Shown: in pieces, positions 12,377 through 26,694 of the stretch
Layout: the number at the start of each line of letters is the position of its first letter
Position numbering within the stretch: the stretch's first letter is position 1
From: Azolla caroliniana
Lineage: Eukaryota; Plantae; Polypodiophyta
Length of the DNA stretch: 64,000 bases
Direction of reading: 5' to 3'
Assembly: GCA_043228905.1 (NCBI GenBank)
Contig: JBHGNT010000022.1
Coordinates: 6,696,001 to 6,760,000 of the forward strand
Translations under genes and position numbers: made by a program
The notes under the pieces: generated by a model
What the model saw: only the letters and a program-made list of their open reading frames with translations
Told to the model about the DNA's origin: nothing
Databases searched by the model: none

Positions 12377-14012
12377 TGGTATCAGAGCATGTGGTTGCTT
12401 GATCAAAGCCCATCACCTTTACATGTGTTGTGCTTAATCCCGTGTTCGGAAAGAATTGGTTGATCGTTGTAGCAACAACCTGCATAGTGAGTTCATATCA
12501 AAGAGGAGAAGAAGAAGAATTTCGACAATGAACACCCAGATGGGAAGCGCTCTTCCTACCGAGAAGCTCGATAGAAACAACTTTGCATCTTGGGAGTACA
12601 AGATGCACTAATACCTTGTCGGCCAAGGATATTGGAGTTATGTCGAAGGAGCAAACGAAAATCAACCCAACCCAACACATGCCGACTACCCAGCTTGGGA
12701 GCAAGCAACGAGTTGTGTGTTGTATTGCCTTGCATCATGCATCCATGATCACATGCTCGGCTACATCCAAGAGGCCAAAACGCCGAAGGAGGCGTGGGGG
12801 AACCTCAAGAAGATTTTCATGGCTAACACGACCACAAGAAAGCTTCAACTCCGTCGAGAGTTGAACGGTATACAACAGAGGGACATGTCAATTGGCAGTT
12901 ACACCTTCAAGATCAAGGAGTTGTGCAATGCCCTCGGGTCAATCAATGTTAGCATTGACAACGATGAAATGGTGCAGATTTGCCTCGAAGGCTTAGCACC
13001 CTGGTTCGGAGCCATTCGGTCGGCAATCCTCATGGGGGAGAATCCTCTCTCCTTCGACCTACAAGCTATGTTACTGGTCGAGGAAAATCATGTTCGAACA
13101 AGAAGCAATGCGCAAGAAGGACAAATGCTCTATTCAAACTTCGATGGAGGAAGAGGCCAAGGTCGTGGAAGAAGAGGCTGATTTGGCCTAAACCCCGAGA
13201 ACACAACTTTTATTACCAACAAGACTTCTCAAACGTGCAAGGCGGAGTGTCTGGAAGAAGGGGGAGCAATCAGGCCGGACCCAGCCGACAAAACAATCCC
13301 GCTCAGTGCAGATATTGTGGTAAATTCAACCACAATGAGGTAGAGTGTCGGAAGAAGAAGAGTGAGTCGGCCTCCACAAGCAGACAACTCACAAACTATG
13401 CCTCCAACTCCAACTACGACAATCGTGGCATAATGTTTGTTATGAGGCAAAAAGTGAACTTGGTGACTACCTCCAACCCGACCAACACCTCCAAACCAGA
13501 ACATGTATGGTTTGTCGACTCGGGCGCATCGAACCACATGACATCCCATGAGGATTGGTTCAAGGAGCTACGAAAGCCTGAACGACCCGGTTATGTGGAA
13601 ATTGGGGATGACACAATTCACCCCATTCAACATGTCGGCAATGTCCCATTTGGAGAAGAAGGCAACCAAACATACATCAAGAACGTCATGCATGTTCCTA
13701 CAATAACAAAGAACTTGGTCTCAGTTGGCCAGATAGTCGAACAAGGCATGCAAGTCTACTTCAACGATGTAGGTTGCTTCATTGAAAAAGAAGGCCGACT
13801 TATCGCTCGTAGTCGGAGAGAAGGTCAGATGTTCATCCTCGACTCTCACGAGATGAACTTGGCAATGTATGCCAAGGGCTAGAGAGCCGATGCCGGCACA
13901 GAGCTGTGGCTGTCATGAAGACAAGGTCAGATTTTCATCCTCGACTCTCACGAGATGAACTCGACAATGTATGCCAAGGGCCAGAGAGCTAACGCCGACA
14001 CAGAGCTGTGGT
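12377..14012 (+). mobile_element. Ty1/copia copy A, 5' fragment (PBS, gag, protease), decayed
   Basis: PBS TGGTATCAGAGC (tRNA-iMet) at 12377 after ...TGACA. gag LPTEKLDRNNFASW, zinc knuckle CRYCGKFNHNEVEC, protease WFVDSGASNHMT. Contains stops and frameshifts; cut by the LTR at 14013. Confidence 0.88.
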
Positions 14013-14023
14013 TGTCATGAAGA
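13821..14023. repeat. 102-bp tandem duplication spanning a copia/LTR junction
   Basis: aaggtcagat...gagctgtgg(c/t)tgtcatgaaga at 13821 and again at 13923. Confidence 0.9.
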
Positions 14024-15563
14024 TATACATTAACCAGGAATCGAACCCACAACTTCTTGGTCTATGTGTTGAACCATTAACCATTGTAATAACATATATG
14101 ATGTGTAATTATAATAATTATATTTTTAGTTATTACGAGATATTTAGAATATTCTAGAATATTCTAGAACATCCTTGAATATTTCATTATTATATTTATT
14201 ATCATAAATATCTAAAATATTCTAGAACATTCTAGAATACTCCATAAGGATCCATAAGGATCTATAAATAAGTGTCCATTCATTCATTCATTCATTCATT
14301 CTAGAATACTCCATAAGGATCTATAAATAAGTGTCCATAAGGATCTATAAATAAGTGTCCATTCATTCATAAGGTTCAACACCTGTCTTTAGCCCTTAGC
14401 CTACTCTTTGTAATCTTGTTTCCTCATAAATAATCTCATTTCCATTTCAAGTCTTATCTTGCTCTCTCTCCTACTCACGAGTCATGATAGTTTGAACTGA
14501 ATTCTTTCTTTTTCCTTTTCCAATAACACTAGCAAGCTTTCTTCTTTTTCCTCCTCAATTATGGAGTCCGTCAGCAAGCAAGAGTATATGTGTGTCCTTT
14601 TTGAGCTCGACATGCTCACGACTAAGTTTGTGGCATTAGAGCAAGAAAATCAAAGGCTACTCAGGGATCTACAACAAGTGAATACCGAGAAAGCTCATCA
14701 ATACGAGGAGCTATCACAACGGGTTCATCAACTCAAGGCTACTATATTAACATTACGAGAACATGTGGCGGGGGTTCAAAACTCCCCAAGGGAACCAAAG
14801 ATTAGCCTCCCCGCCAAGTTTGACCAAATCTCTATTTCGAGGTTTCCTGAATCAAGTTCGTTTGGTGATTCAGTTACATCCCAATTGGTACCCAACTGAT
14901 GCTGCTTGTGTGGGATTGGTAGGAACCTTGCTAAGCAGTACAACATTAGCATGGTTTGCACCACTTCTCGAGAATAAATCACCATTGTTGGAGGATTTTG
15001 AGGCATTCTTTAAGGAGTTTCAAGCTAGTTTGGAGACACCAATAGCACTAGGACGACAATAAACAAGATTTGAAGACTCCCTTGGCATGTGACATCCCTT
15101 GGGATGAGGCATCCTTAATGGATCAATTCCGTCAGGGTTTGCGTAACGATGTCAAAGATCTTCTTCTTACTTTCCACGAAGATCCGAATTCTCTTAAAGA
15201 GGCCATTAGTTGAGCTGTGCGATGTGATAATCATCTATTTGAACGACGTTCTGAACGTCAACAAATGCTATGCCACCAACCGGAATAGACGTATGCTTCA
15301 ATATTCACAACACTGCCACAAGTTCCCAGACCCGTTATGAGGGATGGTCGCACTCTGATGGATATAGAGTCAACACAACGTCGACGACCCTTATCAAATG
15401 CTGAGAAACAACAACATCGGGCGTATCGCCTATGTCTCTATTGTGGTGGTCCAGGACATATAGCCATGAATTGTCCACATAAACCCAAATGTCAAGTTTA
15501 CCAAGTAACTGCACATGACAACCCTACCTCGAGTTCTACTATCACTTCTAATAACTTAAGTAC
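14013..15563 (+). mobile_element. Ty3/gypsy chromovirus (Tcn1-like): 5' LTR 14013-14489 and decayed gag
   Basis: LTR termini TGTCATGA...TCATGATA with repeated CTATAAATA boxes. gag from 14561: coiled coil, EPKISLPAKFD, FRGFLNQVRLVIQLHP, LAWFAPLLE, knuckle LCLYCGGPGHIAMNCP (PEG10/Tf-type gag). No tRNA-type PBS. Confidence 0.8.
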
Positions 15564-18500
15564 TGTTGAGAGACAAGCTCAACATTGGCCGGATCGGTTG
15601 AAGAAGCCGAGGACCGGATCGGTTAGGCCGAATGCGTAAACCGGTACGCAGACCGGTGTGTAGGTAGGGCCGGATCGGTGCGTAAACCGGGAGGCCGTTA
15701 GGAAAGATATTCCGTGAGGAATATATTTGGGAGTTAGTGTAGGAGCTCTTAATGAGCATTGAAGTACTGTCAGTACTTCGGTCAGTCCTTCTAGGACTTG
15801 TATAAAAGTGTTCATTGAACACACATATGTATAGAGTGTGGTGAATAGAGATTTAGTACTGCTGTTGAATATAGTTCTTGTTTTTTTCCTATCTCACTCT
15901 CTCTGTCTCTCCCGCGTATACTGCGTAAGCTCAAGCTCTCCATTAAACCTGAGTCTTCTTCCTTCTGTTCGGTCTTCCTACTTGCTTCCGCACGTTACTC
16001 TTTACATGGTATCAGAGCGCGAGGGTTGAGAACCTCTCTGCAGCCGACACAACTTGATGAAGAAGAATAAGAAGAACGATGGATAGAGGCATGGCGAGCT
16101 CGCTTCCAACAGAGAAGCTCGATAGAACCAAGTACGCGTCTTGGTCCTACAAGATGCACCAGTACCTGCTCGGGCACGGCTACTGGAGTTATGTCGAAGG
16201 AGCTAATGACGCGGCACCCGAATCGACACACAGAGACTTCCCGTCATGGGAGCAATCGGCGAGCAGGGTATTATACTGCTTCGTGTCGTGTGTGGGTGAA
16301 CAACTATTGAGCTATGTTCGGGATGCAAAGACGCCGAAGGGTGCGTGGGAAAATCTGAAGAAGATTTTTGCCGCGAGCACCACAATTAGGAAGCTTCAGC
16401 TCCGACAGGAGTTGAGCAACCTACGACAACGCGACTTGTCGGTGGCGGACTATACCTCGAAGATCAAGGATATCTGCGACTCCCTCACCTCCATAGAGGT
16501 GAACATCGAGGAGAGCGAGATGGTCCAGATCTGTCTCGGAGGTTTGGCGTCGAAGTTCGGAGCGTTCCGAACGACTGTGTGTACCCGGGAGAATACGCCG
16601 TCCTTTTTCGACTTACAGTCAATGCTCCTGGTAGAGGAGAACCACGTGGGTGCCTCTACAAGCACGCACACCGACAACAGAATGTTGTACACGGAGGGAG
16701 ATAGGCCCCGTGGACGTGGAGGACGAGGCGAGTTGGCACGCAATGGAGGCGGCCGACGAGATCAAGGAAGGAGGCACCGAAGTGATGTTGACAGCAACTC
16801 CGGACCCTCCGGAAACAGGGGGAGTCGAAGCGATGAGAACCGGCATGGGAAGGCCATCGTGGAGTGCTGGTACTGTGGCAAGAAAGGCTAGAGGGAAAGT
16901 GAGTGCTGGAAGAAGCGCGCCGATTCGGAGAGAACTGGTTCCGGAAACGGCTCCGGACATATCGGCAAGGGAAATCGGCAACGATCGCACTACGCCGAAG
17001 ACTCCGGGAGAGCCGGAGAAGGGTCTGCCTTCGTGACGAGACACGAAGCAAACTCAATGAAACGGACCACCCCGAGATCGGACAAGGTGTGGTACGTAGA
17101 CTCCGGCGCGTCAAACCACATGACGAGCCATAAGGAGTGGTTCTCGTACCTTGAAAAACCGATACAACCTGGAGTAGTCGCAACTGGAGACGACACTCCG
17201 CATCCGATCACGAATGTCGGAGAAGTTTTCCTTAGCCATCTCGGGCAGAAAGGGAAACTCATGAACGTACTACACGTTCCGACAATCACGAAGAACTTGG
17301 TCTTGGTCGGATAGATCGTCGACCAAGGGATGGAGGTTTGGTTTACACACCTCAGGTGCTTCATTGAGGAAGAAGGCCGTGTGATTGCACAAGGGCGTAG
17401 AGACGGGAGGATGTTCATCCTCGATTCCACTGATGGCGGCACCGCAATGTTCGCGAAGGGACAAAAATCCGAGTCGGACATCGACTTGTGGCACAAACGG
17501 ATAGGCCACGTCAACTACCAGCGGCTTCAAGTCCTGCAATCGAAACAAGTGGTGTTCGGATTGCCCAAATTTAGTGGCCGAAAGACACAAATTTGTGAAG
17601 CCTGCCAGCTCGGGAAGCAACACCGACTTCCTTTCCCCAATGAGCGAAACCAGAGCTAGAACAAGCTCGACCTTATACACTCTGATGTATGGAGGCCAGC
17701 ACAAAACGTTAGTCTTGGCGGGAGCCGATATTTCGTCTCCTTCATCGACAACCACACGCGGCACATGTGGATCTACCTCATTGAGAGGAAGAGCGAAGTC
17801 TTCGACTGTTTCCGGGACCTCAAAGGGTTCGTGGAAACGGAAACGGGACGAAAGATCAAGTGCCTGCGGTCGGATGGCGGGAAAGAGTACTTTTCTGGTC
17901 AATTCAACGGTTATCTACAACAAATGGGAATTCGGTGCGAATTCAGTTGTAGATACATGCCAGAGCAGAATGGGGTGGCCGAGAGGAAGAATCGGTCAGT
18001 TGTGGAAGCGGCACGGGCAATGCTGGAGGAGAAGAGCTTGCCCAAGTTCTACTGGGCCGAGGCGTTAAGGACCGCGGTATACATCCAGAACCGGATCGGA
18101 GACAAAGTGTCGGCGCACGAGCTATATTTCGGAACGAAGCCGAACTTGCGACACTTGAGGGTGTTCGGTAGCATTACGTATGTGCATGTACCGAAGGAGA
18201 AAAGGAGGAAGCTGGACGCAAAGGCCGAGAAATGCATCTTGGTCGGTTACTCGGATGAGCAGAAGGGTTATAAGTGCTATAACCCTCGCACCAAACAAGC
18301 GCGTGTTAGCTGCGACGTTGTGGTTGACGAGTCCGCGTCTTGGTACTAGCCCCCGACTCCGAACCCCGACTCCAATCCGAGTTCTGACGATGAGGTCAGC
18401 GAGGCCGAGATGCCTCTGGATGAGCCCGAAATCGAGACCCGCAAAGAGAGTCCGATTTCACTCCGTTTAACTGGACCGATTGGACGATTGAGTCGGTACG

Positions 18501-20705
18501 ATCAGTCCGATGAAGAGCCAGCGAGTAGTGGAGACTCGGCCGTGCATTCCCCGCACAGGAAGCCGAGGAGACGGTTTACGCGCAAAGAGAAAGGGAAGAA
18601 GAAGGTGTCGGATTCCGGCACGGATAGGAACGAGTCAGACCGACGCGAGTCCGACTCCGAGGGAGCCGGTGACGAGTCTTTAAAGGTGAAGTCCGCGTCG
18701 ACCGAGAAGGCCTCGACATCGGCTAATGTGAGATTACGCCGATCTACCCGCCAGACGAATCCTGTTTTGTGGTTCGGATACAACGAGTACATGGCGCATC
18801 ACTATGCGTACATGACCCGTATAGCGGAAGTGCGTGAGCCGGAGAGCTACGCAGAAGCGGCGAAGGACGTGAATTGGCGCGCCGCGATGGAGGAAGAGAT
18901 GCACGCATTGGCGAAAAACGAGACCTGGGATCTGGTTGACGCACCGAAGGGTGTGAAGCCGATCGGATGTAGGTGGGTGTACAAGGTCAATTACAACACC
19001 GACGGCTCAATCAACCGATACAAGGTCCGGTTAGTGGCAAAAGGTTACGTGCAGAAACATGGCATCGACTACGATGAGATGTTTGCACCGGTCGCGAAAA
19101 TGACGACCGTCCGTGTTTTGCTCGCAGTAGCTGCGGTGAAGGGGTGACACTTACATCAGATGGATGTAAAGAATGCATTCCTGCAAGGTGACCTTGAGGA
19201 ACATGTGTACATGGTACAACCCCCCGGATTTCACTCTGGAACGAACTCCTCGGCAGTATGCCGACTGAAGAAGTCCCTTCACGGACTGAAGCAAGCCCCG
19301 CGTGCCTGGAACGCGAAGATCACGCAACAACTGCGTTGGATGGGCTTCGTCACGTCAAAATCGGACTCTTCCCTGTTCATCCAGAAAGGTCGACTAGGAC
19401 CGGTAGGTATTTTACTATATGTTGATGACTTGGTCATCACCGGCGCCGACCTAGGTGAAATCGACCGCGTGAAGCTCCAGCTTGCGGCATCGTTCGACAT
19501 GAAGGATCTGGGGGACCTTCATTACTTCCTCGGGATCGAAGTGATCCGTTACCCCGAAGGCATATTGATCAGCCAACGTCATTACGTGCTGAGTATGCTC
19601 TTCAAATTCGGGATGGCCGACTGTAAGTCCGTCTCGACTCCTCTTGACAGAATTGTCAAGCTTCGTCCCGATACGGGAAAGGTATGCAACCCGACGAGGT
19701 TCCGACAAATTGTCCGAAGCCTCATATACTTGACCATCACCCGACCCGACCTCAGTTATCCGGTTGGAGTGATCAGTCAGTTCATGGCGCGACCTACCGA
19801 GGAGCACCGCCAGTGTGCGCAACGCATACTTCGGTATGTCAACGGCACTAAGAACCAGGGACTGCTATATCGGACCGGTGCAGCCGCGCAGTTAGTCGGC
19901 TACACCGATGTTGATTGGGCTGGCAACGCCGCCGATTGCCGATCCACATCGGGATACGCGTTCTCCCTCGGGAGTGCCGCGATCGCGTGGAGTAGTAAGA
20001 AGCAGCCGACAGTTGCACTGTCGAGCACCGAAGCTGAGTATCGAGGAGCGGCTGTCGCGACATGCGAAGCCATATGGTTGAAACGACTACTTAGGGACCT
20101 GCAAGAGGAGGTTTCGGATCCGACGACGATCTACTGCGACAACCTCAGCAGCATCCAGCTCGCGAAAAACCCCGTTTTCCACGCACGGACCAAGCACATT
20201 GAGGTGCACTACCATTTCGTCCGTGAGCGTGTCCTTTTCGGTGAAGTCGAACTTCAGTACGTTCCGACGGATCGGCAGACTACCGACATCTTCACCAAGC
20301 CTCTTGGTCTGGACAAGTTGCGGCAATTCTCAGGTGCGCTCAGATTGCGTCATCTCGACGTGCCAAACTTGAGGGGGAGAACAGTCCCGAACGACCAAGC
20401 AAGGGAGCAAGAAAGGAGTGGAAACCGCGACACCGGGTCGGTTGACTCGGTTGTCGAGTACGACTTCAGATCGGCTGAAGAAGCCGAGAGCGGACCCGCG
20501 GAAAAGTCCGGAAGCGGACAGAAGGGGAGCAGCCGAAGGAGAGAGCCAAAGCCAACCACGCATGGGGAAGATGACGCCATCGAGGGCGAGAAGACCGAAG
20601 ACAAGTTGGAGACATCCAACTCGGACGAGAGCGAAAACCGATCGGAGGCAACCGATTCGGTTCGGATGTTTGATTCAGATACGCTGAATCAACCGAGGCC
20701 CAAGT
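15564..20705 (+). mobile_element. Ty1/copia copy B: 5' LTR 15564-16006, PBS, gag-pol; 3' end deleted
   Basis: TG...CA LTR and PBS TGGTATCAGAGC at 16007. gag-PR-IN-RT-RH order from 16079: CWYCGKKG, VDSGASNH, LRSDGGKEY, QNGVAER, MDVKNAFLQG, LYVDDL, TKHIEVHYHF. Confidence 0.93.
16079..20705 (+). pseudogene. copia gag-pol with in-frame stops
   Basis: One frame broken by stops at ~16889, ~17312, ~17657, ~18347 and ~19145. It continues past RNase H into a low-complexity extension. Confidence 0.88.
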
Positions 20706-23700
20706 GGTCATTGATGTGATAGTGCACTCCTGAAGTTTTGATTTCCACGGGATTGCTCCATTGCCGAACTTAAAGTAGTATCCGGTTGTCGATTTTCAAT
20801 TGTCCACACATCCGGCAAAGTCCGAGTCGGGTAGCTGACGACGCCCGAAGTGTCATTCGGACCGAATAGAATGTGCCCACGATATATCTGAACACATGCT
20901 TTACTATGTTCCAGTGCGATCAACTAGGGTTGTGCATGAATCTGTTGACGACTCCTACGGTGTGAGCAATGTCAGGTTGTGTCGTGACCATTGCGTACAT
21001 CAATGAGCCGATTACCGGTGCATACAATACCAACTTCATAATGTCCCCCTCCAAACCGGATGTCGAGCAGTCTCGCCGGAGATTAGCATGTCGTCCACGT
21101 AGATGATGAGGAAGATGGGTGACCCATATCGAGTGGTTTTCGTAAAGAGACAGTGGTCCTCATCGCTCTTCGAGAAGCCGACCGACTAAATGAAGTCATC
21201 GAACTTCTTATACCACTGTCGCGGTGCCTGTTTTAGACCGTAAAGACTCTTCCCGACTCGACAGACTAGATGTTCTTGACCGAGTGCCACGAAGCCTTTC
21301 GACTACTGCATATAAATTTCCTCCTGTAGATCACCATGGAGGAATGCCGTTTTGACATCTAGCTAAATCAGCTTCAAATTCTCGGTTGCCATGATGCTGA
21401 GCATAAAGCGGAGGGTTGTCATTTTCACCACTGGTGAAAAAATTTCGTCGAAATCGACGCCATAGTCCTATCGAAACCCTTTCGCAACTAATCTAGCCTT
21501 AAATTTTGGGGTGGCCGAATCAAACGTCTCTTTAATTCTATAGATCCATTTGCACTGAAGAGCACGTCGATTCTTCGGTAATTTGACCAGGTCCCAAGTT
21601 TTGTTTGCGCGAATGGAGTTCATTTCCGACTCCATGGCAAGATGCCAAATGGCCGAATCGAAAGATGCTGATGGTTCTCTCTGGGGCTGCCACAGTCTCT
21701 CGAATCTTCGAGGTATGACTGGACTAGTCACATTGGGTGTCGTAGCCAGAGGGTCCGAAGCCGAAACATTCGGTTGTGCCGAGTCGGATGCTACCGAGTC
21801 GGGACTAGAGGTTTCGGCTACCCGTGTTGTGTGATGGGCCTTCGTGAAGGGTTGGCACATCTGAAGAATTTACCCTTCGGACTTTGATCAACTTTTCAGT
21901 AAATTTGTGCAAGGTGGACTCATTGAACACTACGTTCGAATTTCGGATGATTTGTCTGTGCTTTGGGTCCCAGAGTTGGTAGCCGATTTCGCCATCTGGT
22001 CCATAACCAAGGAAAATGCATTTCTTGGACCTTAGTGCAAGTTTGCGGGGATCACCTTTTGGGATGAGGGTGTACGCCTCGCACCCAAAAATCCTCAGCT
22101 TATCATAATTCGGCTTACTGCCGGTCTATAATTCCCGAGGTATCCGAAGTCGTAGAGGCCTACTCGGCGACATATTGATTATGTGTATTGTCGTAAGCAA
22201 TGGCTCTGCCCATAAGCCATCTGATAGTCTGGAGTGTTGGAGCATGGTAACTATCCTTCTTGAATTGTCCGATTCATCTGCTCGGCAATTCCGTTCTGCT
22301 CCGGTCTATGGGGCTTCGTATATTCATGTCGTATGCCATGTTGTAGACAGAATCTGACGAATTCTTCAGATTTGAACTCTCCTCCATTACTGGTCCGAAA
22401 GCATTTTAGTTTTCTGCCGGACTGATTCTCGACCATAGTGAGCCAATCGGAGAAAATCGAGAACACTCAATATTTGGTCTTTATCAGATACGCCCACACC
22501 TTCCGAGTCGAGTCGTCAATAAAGCTGACAAAATACAAGGTAACCGCCGAGAGATTGATGTGGCATGGGGCCACAGACGTCCGAGTGGACTCGATTCTCT
22601 CAGTGCTGATGCGGCTATTTGTTTCCTGTATTGGCAATGCTCGCAGATTTGATGATTTGAGAAGGAGACTTTGGGGATGTATCCGACTCTGGATAAATGC
22701 GTGATGCCGGCCTTGTTGAGGTGTCTGAGTCTTCCATTCCAAAGTGGTACCACGGGAATGTCAACCAAGAACAAGTCACCCTCTCTGAGTGTGACATATA
22801 CTGGGTACAACAAGTGTACTTTCGGTCCTCGAGCAAGTAGGAGGTTCCCCCTGTGGAGTATCCACCCTCCTGATGAGAATCCAACACGAATGCCGTCTTT
22901 GTCCAGTTGTCCAACTAAGATCAAAGGTCTTGAGAGCTCAGGTACATGTCAGACATTGTGTAGTACCAATGTAGAGCCACTTGGAAGGTTGAGCTCTATT
23001 GTGCCGATTCCGATAATTGCACAGTGCTGCGAATTTCCAACTCGGATTGAGTCGGAATGTCGGGCTGAGTATTACCGAAATTGTGATCGATGAGGAGTTA
23101 CGTGATATGAAGCGCCCGAGTCCAAGAGCCAAGTGCTTGACTCTTTAGTCGTAAGCAGAACTTCTGATTCGACTGGGTTTTCAATGGATAATATGTTCGG
23201 GTCGTTCGACAATACTTCGGCTCAAGAGCTGACGTAGTTGATCTCCTCATGCCGGTCACTCTTCTGATCCACTCGTTGAGCCTTATCGTTTCTGGCCTTG
23301 AGTGCACGGCAATTGGCTTTGATGTGTCCGGGTTTCTTGCAATAGTTGCAGACCTGATTATCTTGGGACTTGCTCCGACTTCGCTGGTTGTTCGGCTGTT
23401 GTGAAGAACCTCTTCCTCGGCTGTTCGATCAGTCGGTCGAACCTTGTACTACATATACATTATTGGCTGCATCGTTTACAAACTATTTCCTCTGAGGTGC
23501 TTTAGTTAGAATTGCGCTAGTGACTGAGGAGTATTTCACGATCGCAGTTGATGCGTTGCACACAGTTGTGACAAAAGTTTCCCACGAAGGAGGGAGACTA
23601 CTTATAAGCAGCATTGCTCTTAGTTCATCGTTGAAAGTCATCCCTTGAGCCGAAATTTGGGATCTTAGACTTTTGTACTCGTTCAGGTGTGCCTGGACCG

Positions 23701-24892
23701 AATTAGATTCTTTCATCCAAAGGTTATAAAGGCGTCGTATCAAATATATCTTCGTAGCGGTTACCTTCTTTTCGTAGGTGTCTGAGAGTGTCTTCCATTG
23801 TTAGAAGGCAGTCGAACACGATTGCACCATGAAGTACACAGACTCCGATAGGTGCATCCGAATGATGGCTCAGACAATTCTATCGAGCTTCTCCCATCCA
23901 AGTGGCTTGTATCCTTTTGGAGCATTTTCGTTTTCGATGGGGTCGATTTGCCCCTTGACTATTAAATAGTCTTGCATTTGCTCCTTCCAGAAGTTGAAGT
24001 TTGATTCGTCGAACTTCCTTAGACTCACATCTAACAAGTTGGATGTTGATGTCATCTGTGTCGATTTTAGGGGGGGGCTTTGTTCGGGGTTGGCTACAAA
24101 CAGTGGTTGGGTGTAGCAGATTGGCTTGCCCAAATTTGTTCTAGCTGAATTTGAACATAAGCTGAATCTGATTCGAAATTCGGGAGACTCGATCCGAAGT
24201 GACTACGGCTGACTAACCTAGTCGAGTTGGACCCAAGTATGTGGATTCTATTTTGAATGTCGATTTTCGAGATTTTCGAACACAAAGTATGTGCCAATTA
24301 TCCAGGCCGATCCTGCTTCAGGTGACTACGACAATGATAGAAACATATTTAGCTAATCTTTCTGAATGTTGTCTAGCTGAATGAAGCACGAAAGGGGGTT
24401 GTTCCTAGAACCTAGACAAGTACGAGTGATTACGACAAGCGAGTGACTAGCATCAGGTGACCTATCCGAATGTTGTCTAATCCAATGAAGTACAGTTGAG
24501 GCAGAGATGTTGTGAAACGAAACCTCACTCTGAGCGGCTACAATCACAAGAGTGAAGTGCAGCCGATTGGCTCACTTCAATGGTGATTTGGAACAATGGA
24601 GTGCAGATTTTGCCGGTGTCTCTCTTCGCGAAAATGATCTTGTAGAGAGTTGCCAATCAAGATCTTCACGATGTACAGAAGAAGAGTTGCTGATGGAAAC
24701 TAGATAGACGACAACAACTGAATTGAAAGAACCTCGAGCTCTGATACCAGATGTTGAAGCTGCGGTAGTCTAGTGCGGAACAAAATCAACACTCTTCTGT
24801 GTGGGGGTCTTTGATCGATGCAATGAATAGTATTGATTGCAACTAGAGAACCAAAAACAGTATGCAAGCAAGACAATGAGCCATGTAGAACG

Positions 24893-24952
<60 letters not shown>

Positions 24953-25128
24953 GTTGGGCACAAGATGAACTGAATTATTCAACAACTTTCAACCAGGTTA
25001 CAAGGTCAATTTATATACTAACTAACTTAGGGCAACTGCCCTTCTCACTATTTACATAATATATCCTAAACCTAGTGTGTACAAAGGGAGACAGTGTGAA
25101 TACGTCCATTAGAGATCGTCATTCAACA
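20706..25128 (-). mobile_element. Ty1/copia copy C (different family), heavily decayed; 5' LTR 24752-25128
   Basis: PBS reverse complement GCTCTGATACCA at 24738-24749; LTR with (GA)n. gag KFDESNFNFWKEQMQDYL and SSLPPSWETFVT, integrase [22 protein letters not shown]. Truncated in RNase H (GAIPWKSKLQEC). Confidence 0.88.
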
Positions 25129-25235
25129 TGTTCTTCTCAATTGATTATTGTCTACAATGCTCACAAAAATCTAACATACTTCCAAAGTGCTCGAGTCTTG
25201 AATCGTCAGCAAGCTCGTTGGGTGCAGTTCTTAAC
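25129..25235 (+). mobile_element. Chromovirus RNase H remnant (continuation of the Tcn1-like element)
   Basis: IIVYNAHKNLTYFQSARVLNRQQARWVQFL matches the Ty3/gypsy RNase H C-terminal motif (TDHKNL...RQARW). Confidence 0.75.
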
Positions 25236-26694
25236 TGTTGAGCGAGCAAGGTCAACCAAATCCGGATCGGCTGAATAAGCTAGAGCCGGATTGGTGTCCG
25301 GATGATATCCAGAACCAGGAGGCGGATTGGATTGAAACCGGTAGGCCGTTAGAGGCCTACGGATCCAACCTAGTACATAGGCATATTTTTGGGAGTAAGT
25401 GTCAGTCCCTCGTATGAACATTGAAGTACCTGTCAGTACTTTTGTCAGTCCTTAATGGACTTGTATAAAAGTGTTCTATGAGCACATTTTATGTATACAG
25501 AAGATTATTATTATTTGAATACAGTTTATGTTTTGCTTTCTCTTTGTCTATTCCGTGTATGCTAAATACTCTCAAGCTTCCATTGAACCTGTGTTTTTAT
25601 TCTCTGCTGCTACCCGGCTAAACCGGTTTTGTCAAGCTTCCGCACGCTAACTTTGACATGGTATCAGAACGCGAGGGTTGACACTCCTCTGTAGCCGACA
25701 AACTCTTTAGAAGACAAACCCTAACACCCGGTGAAGAACAATAGAGAACCGAAATGGACAAAGGTATGGTAAGTTCGCTTCCCACGGAAAAGCTCGAATG
25801 GAGCAACTATGCATCCTGGTTATACAAAATGCATAAGTACCTACTGGGGCATGGATATTGGAGCTATGTGGAAGGAACTAACGAGGTAGCACCGGAGCCG
25901 GCACACAAAGACTTCCCGACCGAGTATTGTATTGCCTCGCGTCGAGCAAAGAGCAAGCCGGGTATTGTACTGCCTTGCGTCTGGTGTGCACGATCAGATG
26001 CTCAGCTACATGAAGGATGCAAAAACGCCAAAGGAGGCCTGGGAAAATCTACGGAAGATTTTTGCTGCAAGTACCACAACCCATAAGTTGCAGCTCCGGC
26101 AAAAGCTAAACAACATCCGATAGAGAGATATGTCGGTTACGGGCTACACCACCAAGATTAAGGAGATCTACGATACACTCAGATTCATCAATGTAATGGT
26201 GGAAGAAGACGAGATGGTCCAGATCTGTCTTGGTGGTCTAGCACAACAGTATGGGCCAATCTGGACGGTAATTTGCACCCAGGAAAAGCGACCATCCTTC
26301 TTCGACTTGCAATCCATGTTGATGGTCGAAAAAAACCATGTGAGTGGGTCGAGGACCACTCAATCCAATCAATCAGACAACCGGATGCTGTACATGGAGG
26401 CGGATCGGCCCCATGGGCGTGGAGGACGAGGTGGGTTGGCACACAATGGAGGCGGCCAACAAGAGCAGAACCGAAGGCACAAAGATGGTGACGACAATAG
26501 TTCCGAACCCTCCACAAGCAAGGGGAGTCAGTTGGAGCCGGAAACCAGCAGTCGAAAACCGACATGGAATGCTGGTACTGTGGCAAGAAAGGCCACAGAG
26601 AGAGCGAGTGCTAGAAGAAGTGTGCCGATTCAGATAAATCCGTATCCGGCAAGGCCGAACAAGGGAACCGACAAAGCTCACACTATGTAGAAGG
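25236..26694 (+). mobile_element. Ty1/copia copy D, 5' part (LTR 25236-25658, PBS, gag)
   Basis: TGTTGAG...TGACA LTR related to copy B; PBS TGGTATCAGAAC at 25659; gag MDKGMVSSLPTEKLE... Confidence 0.88.
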
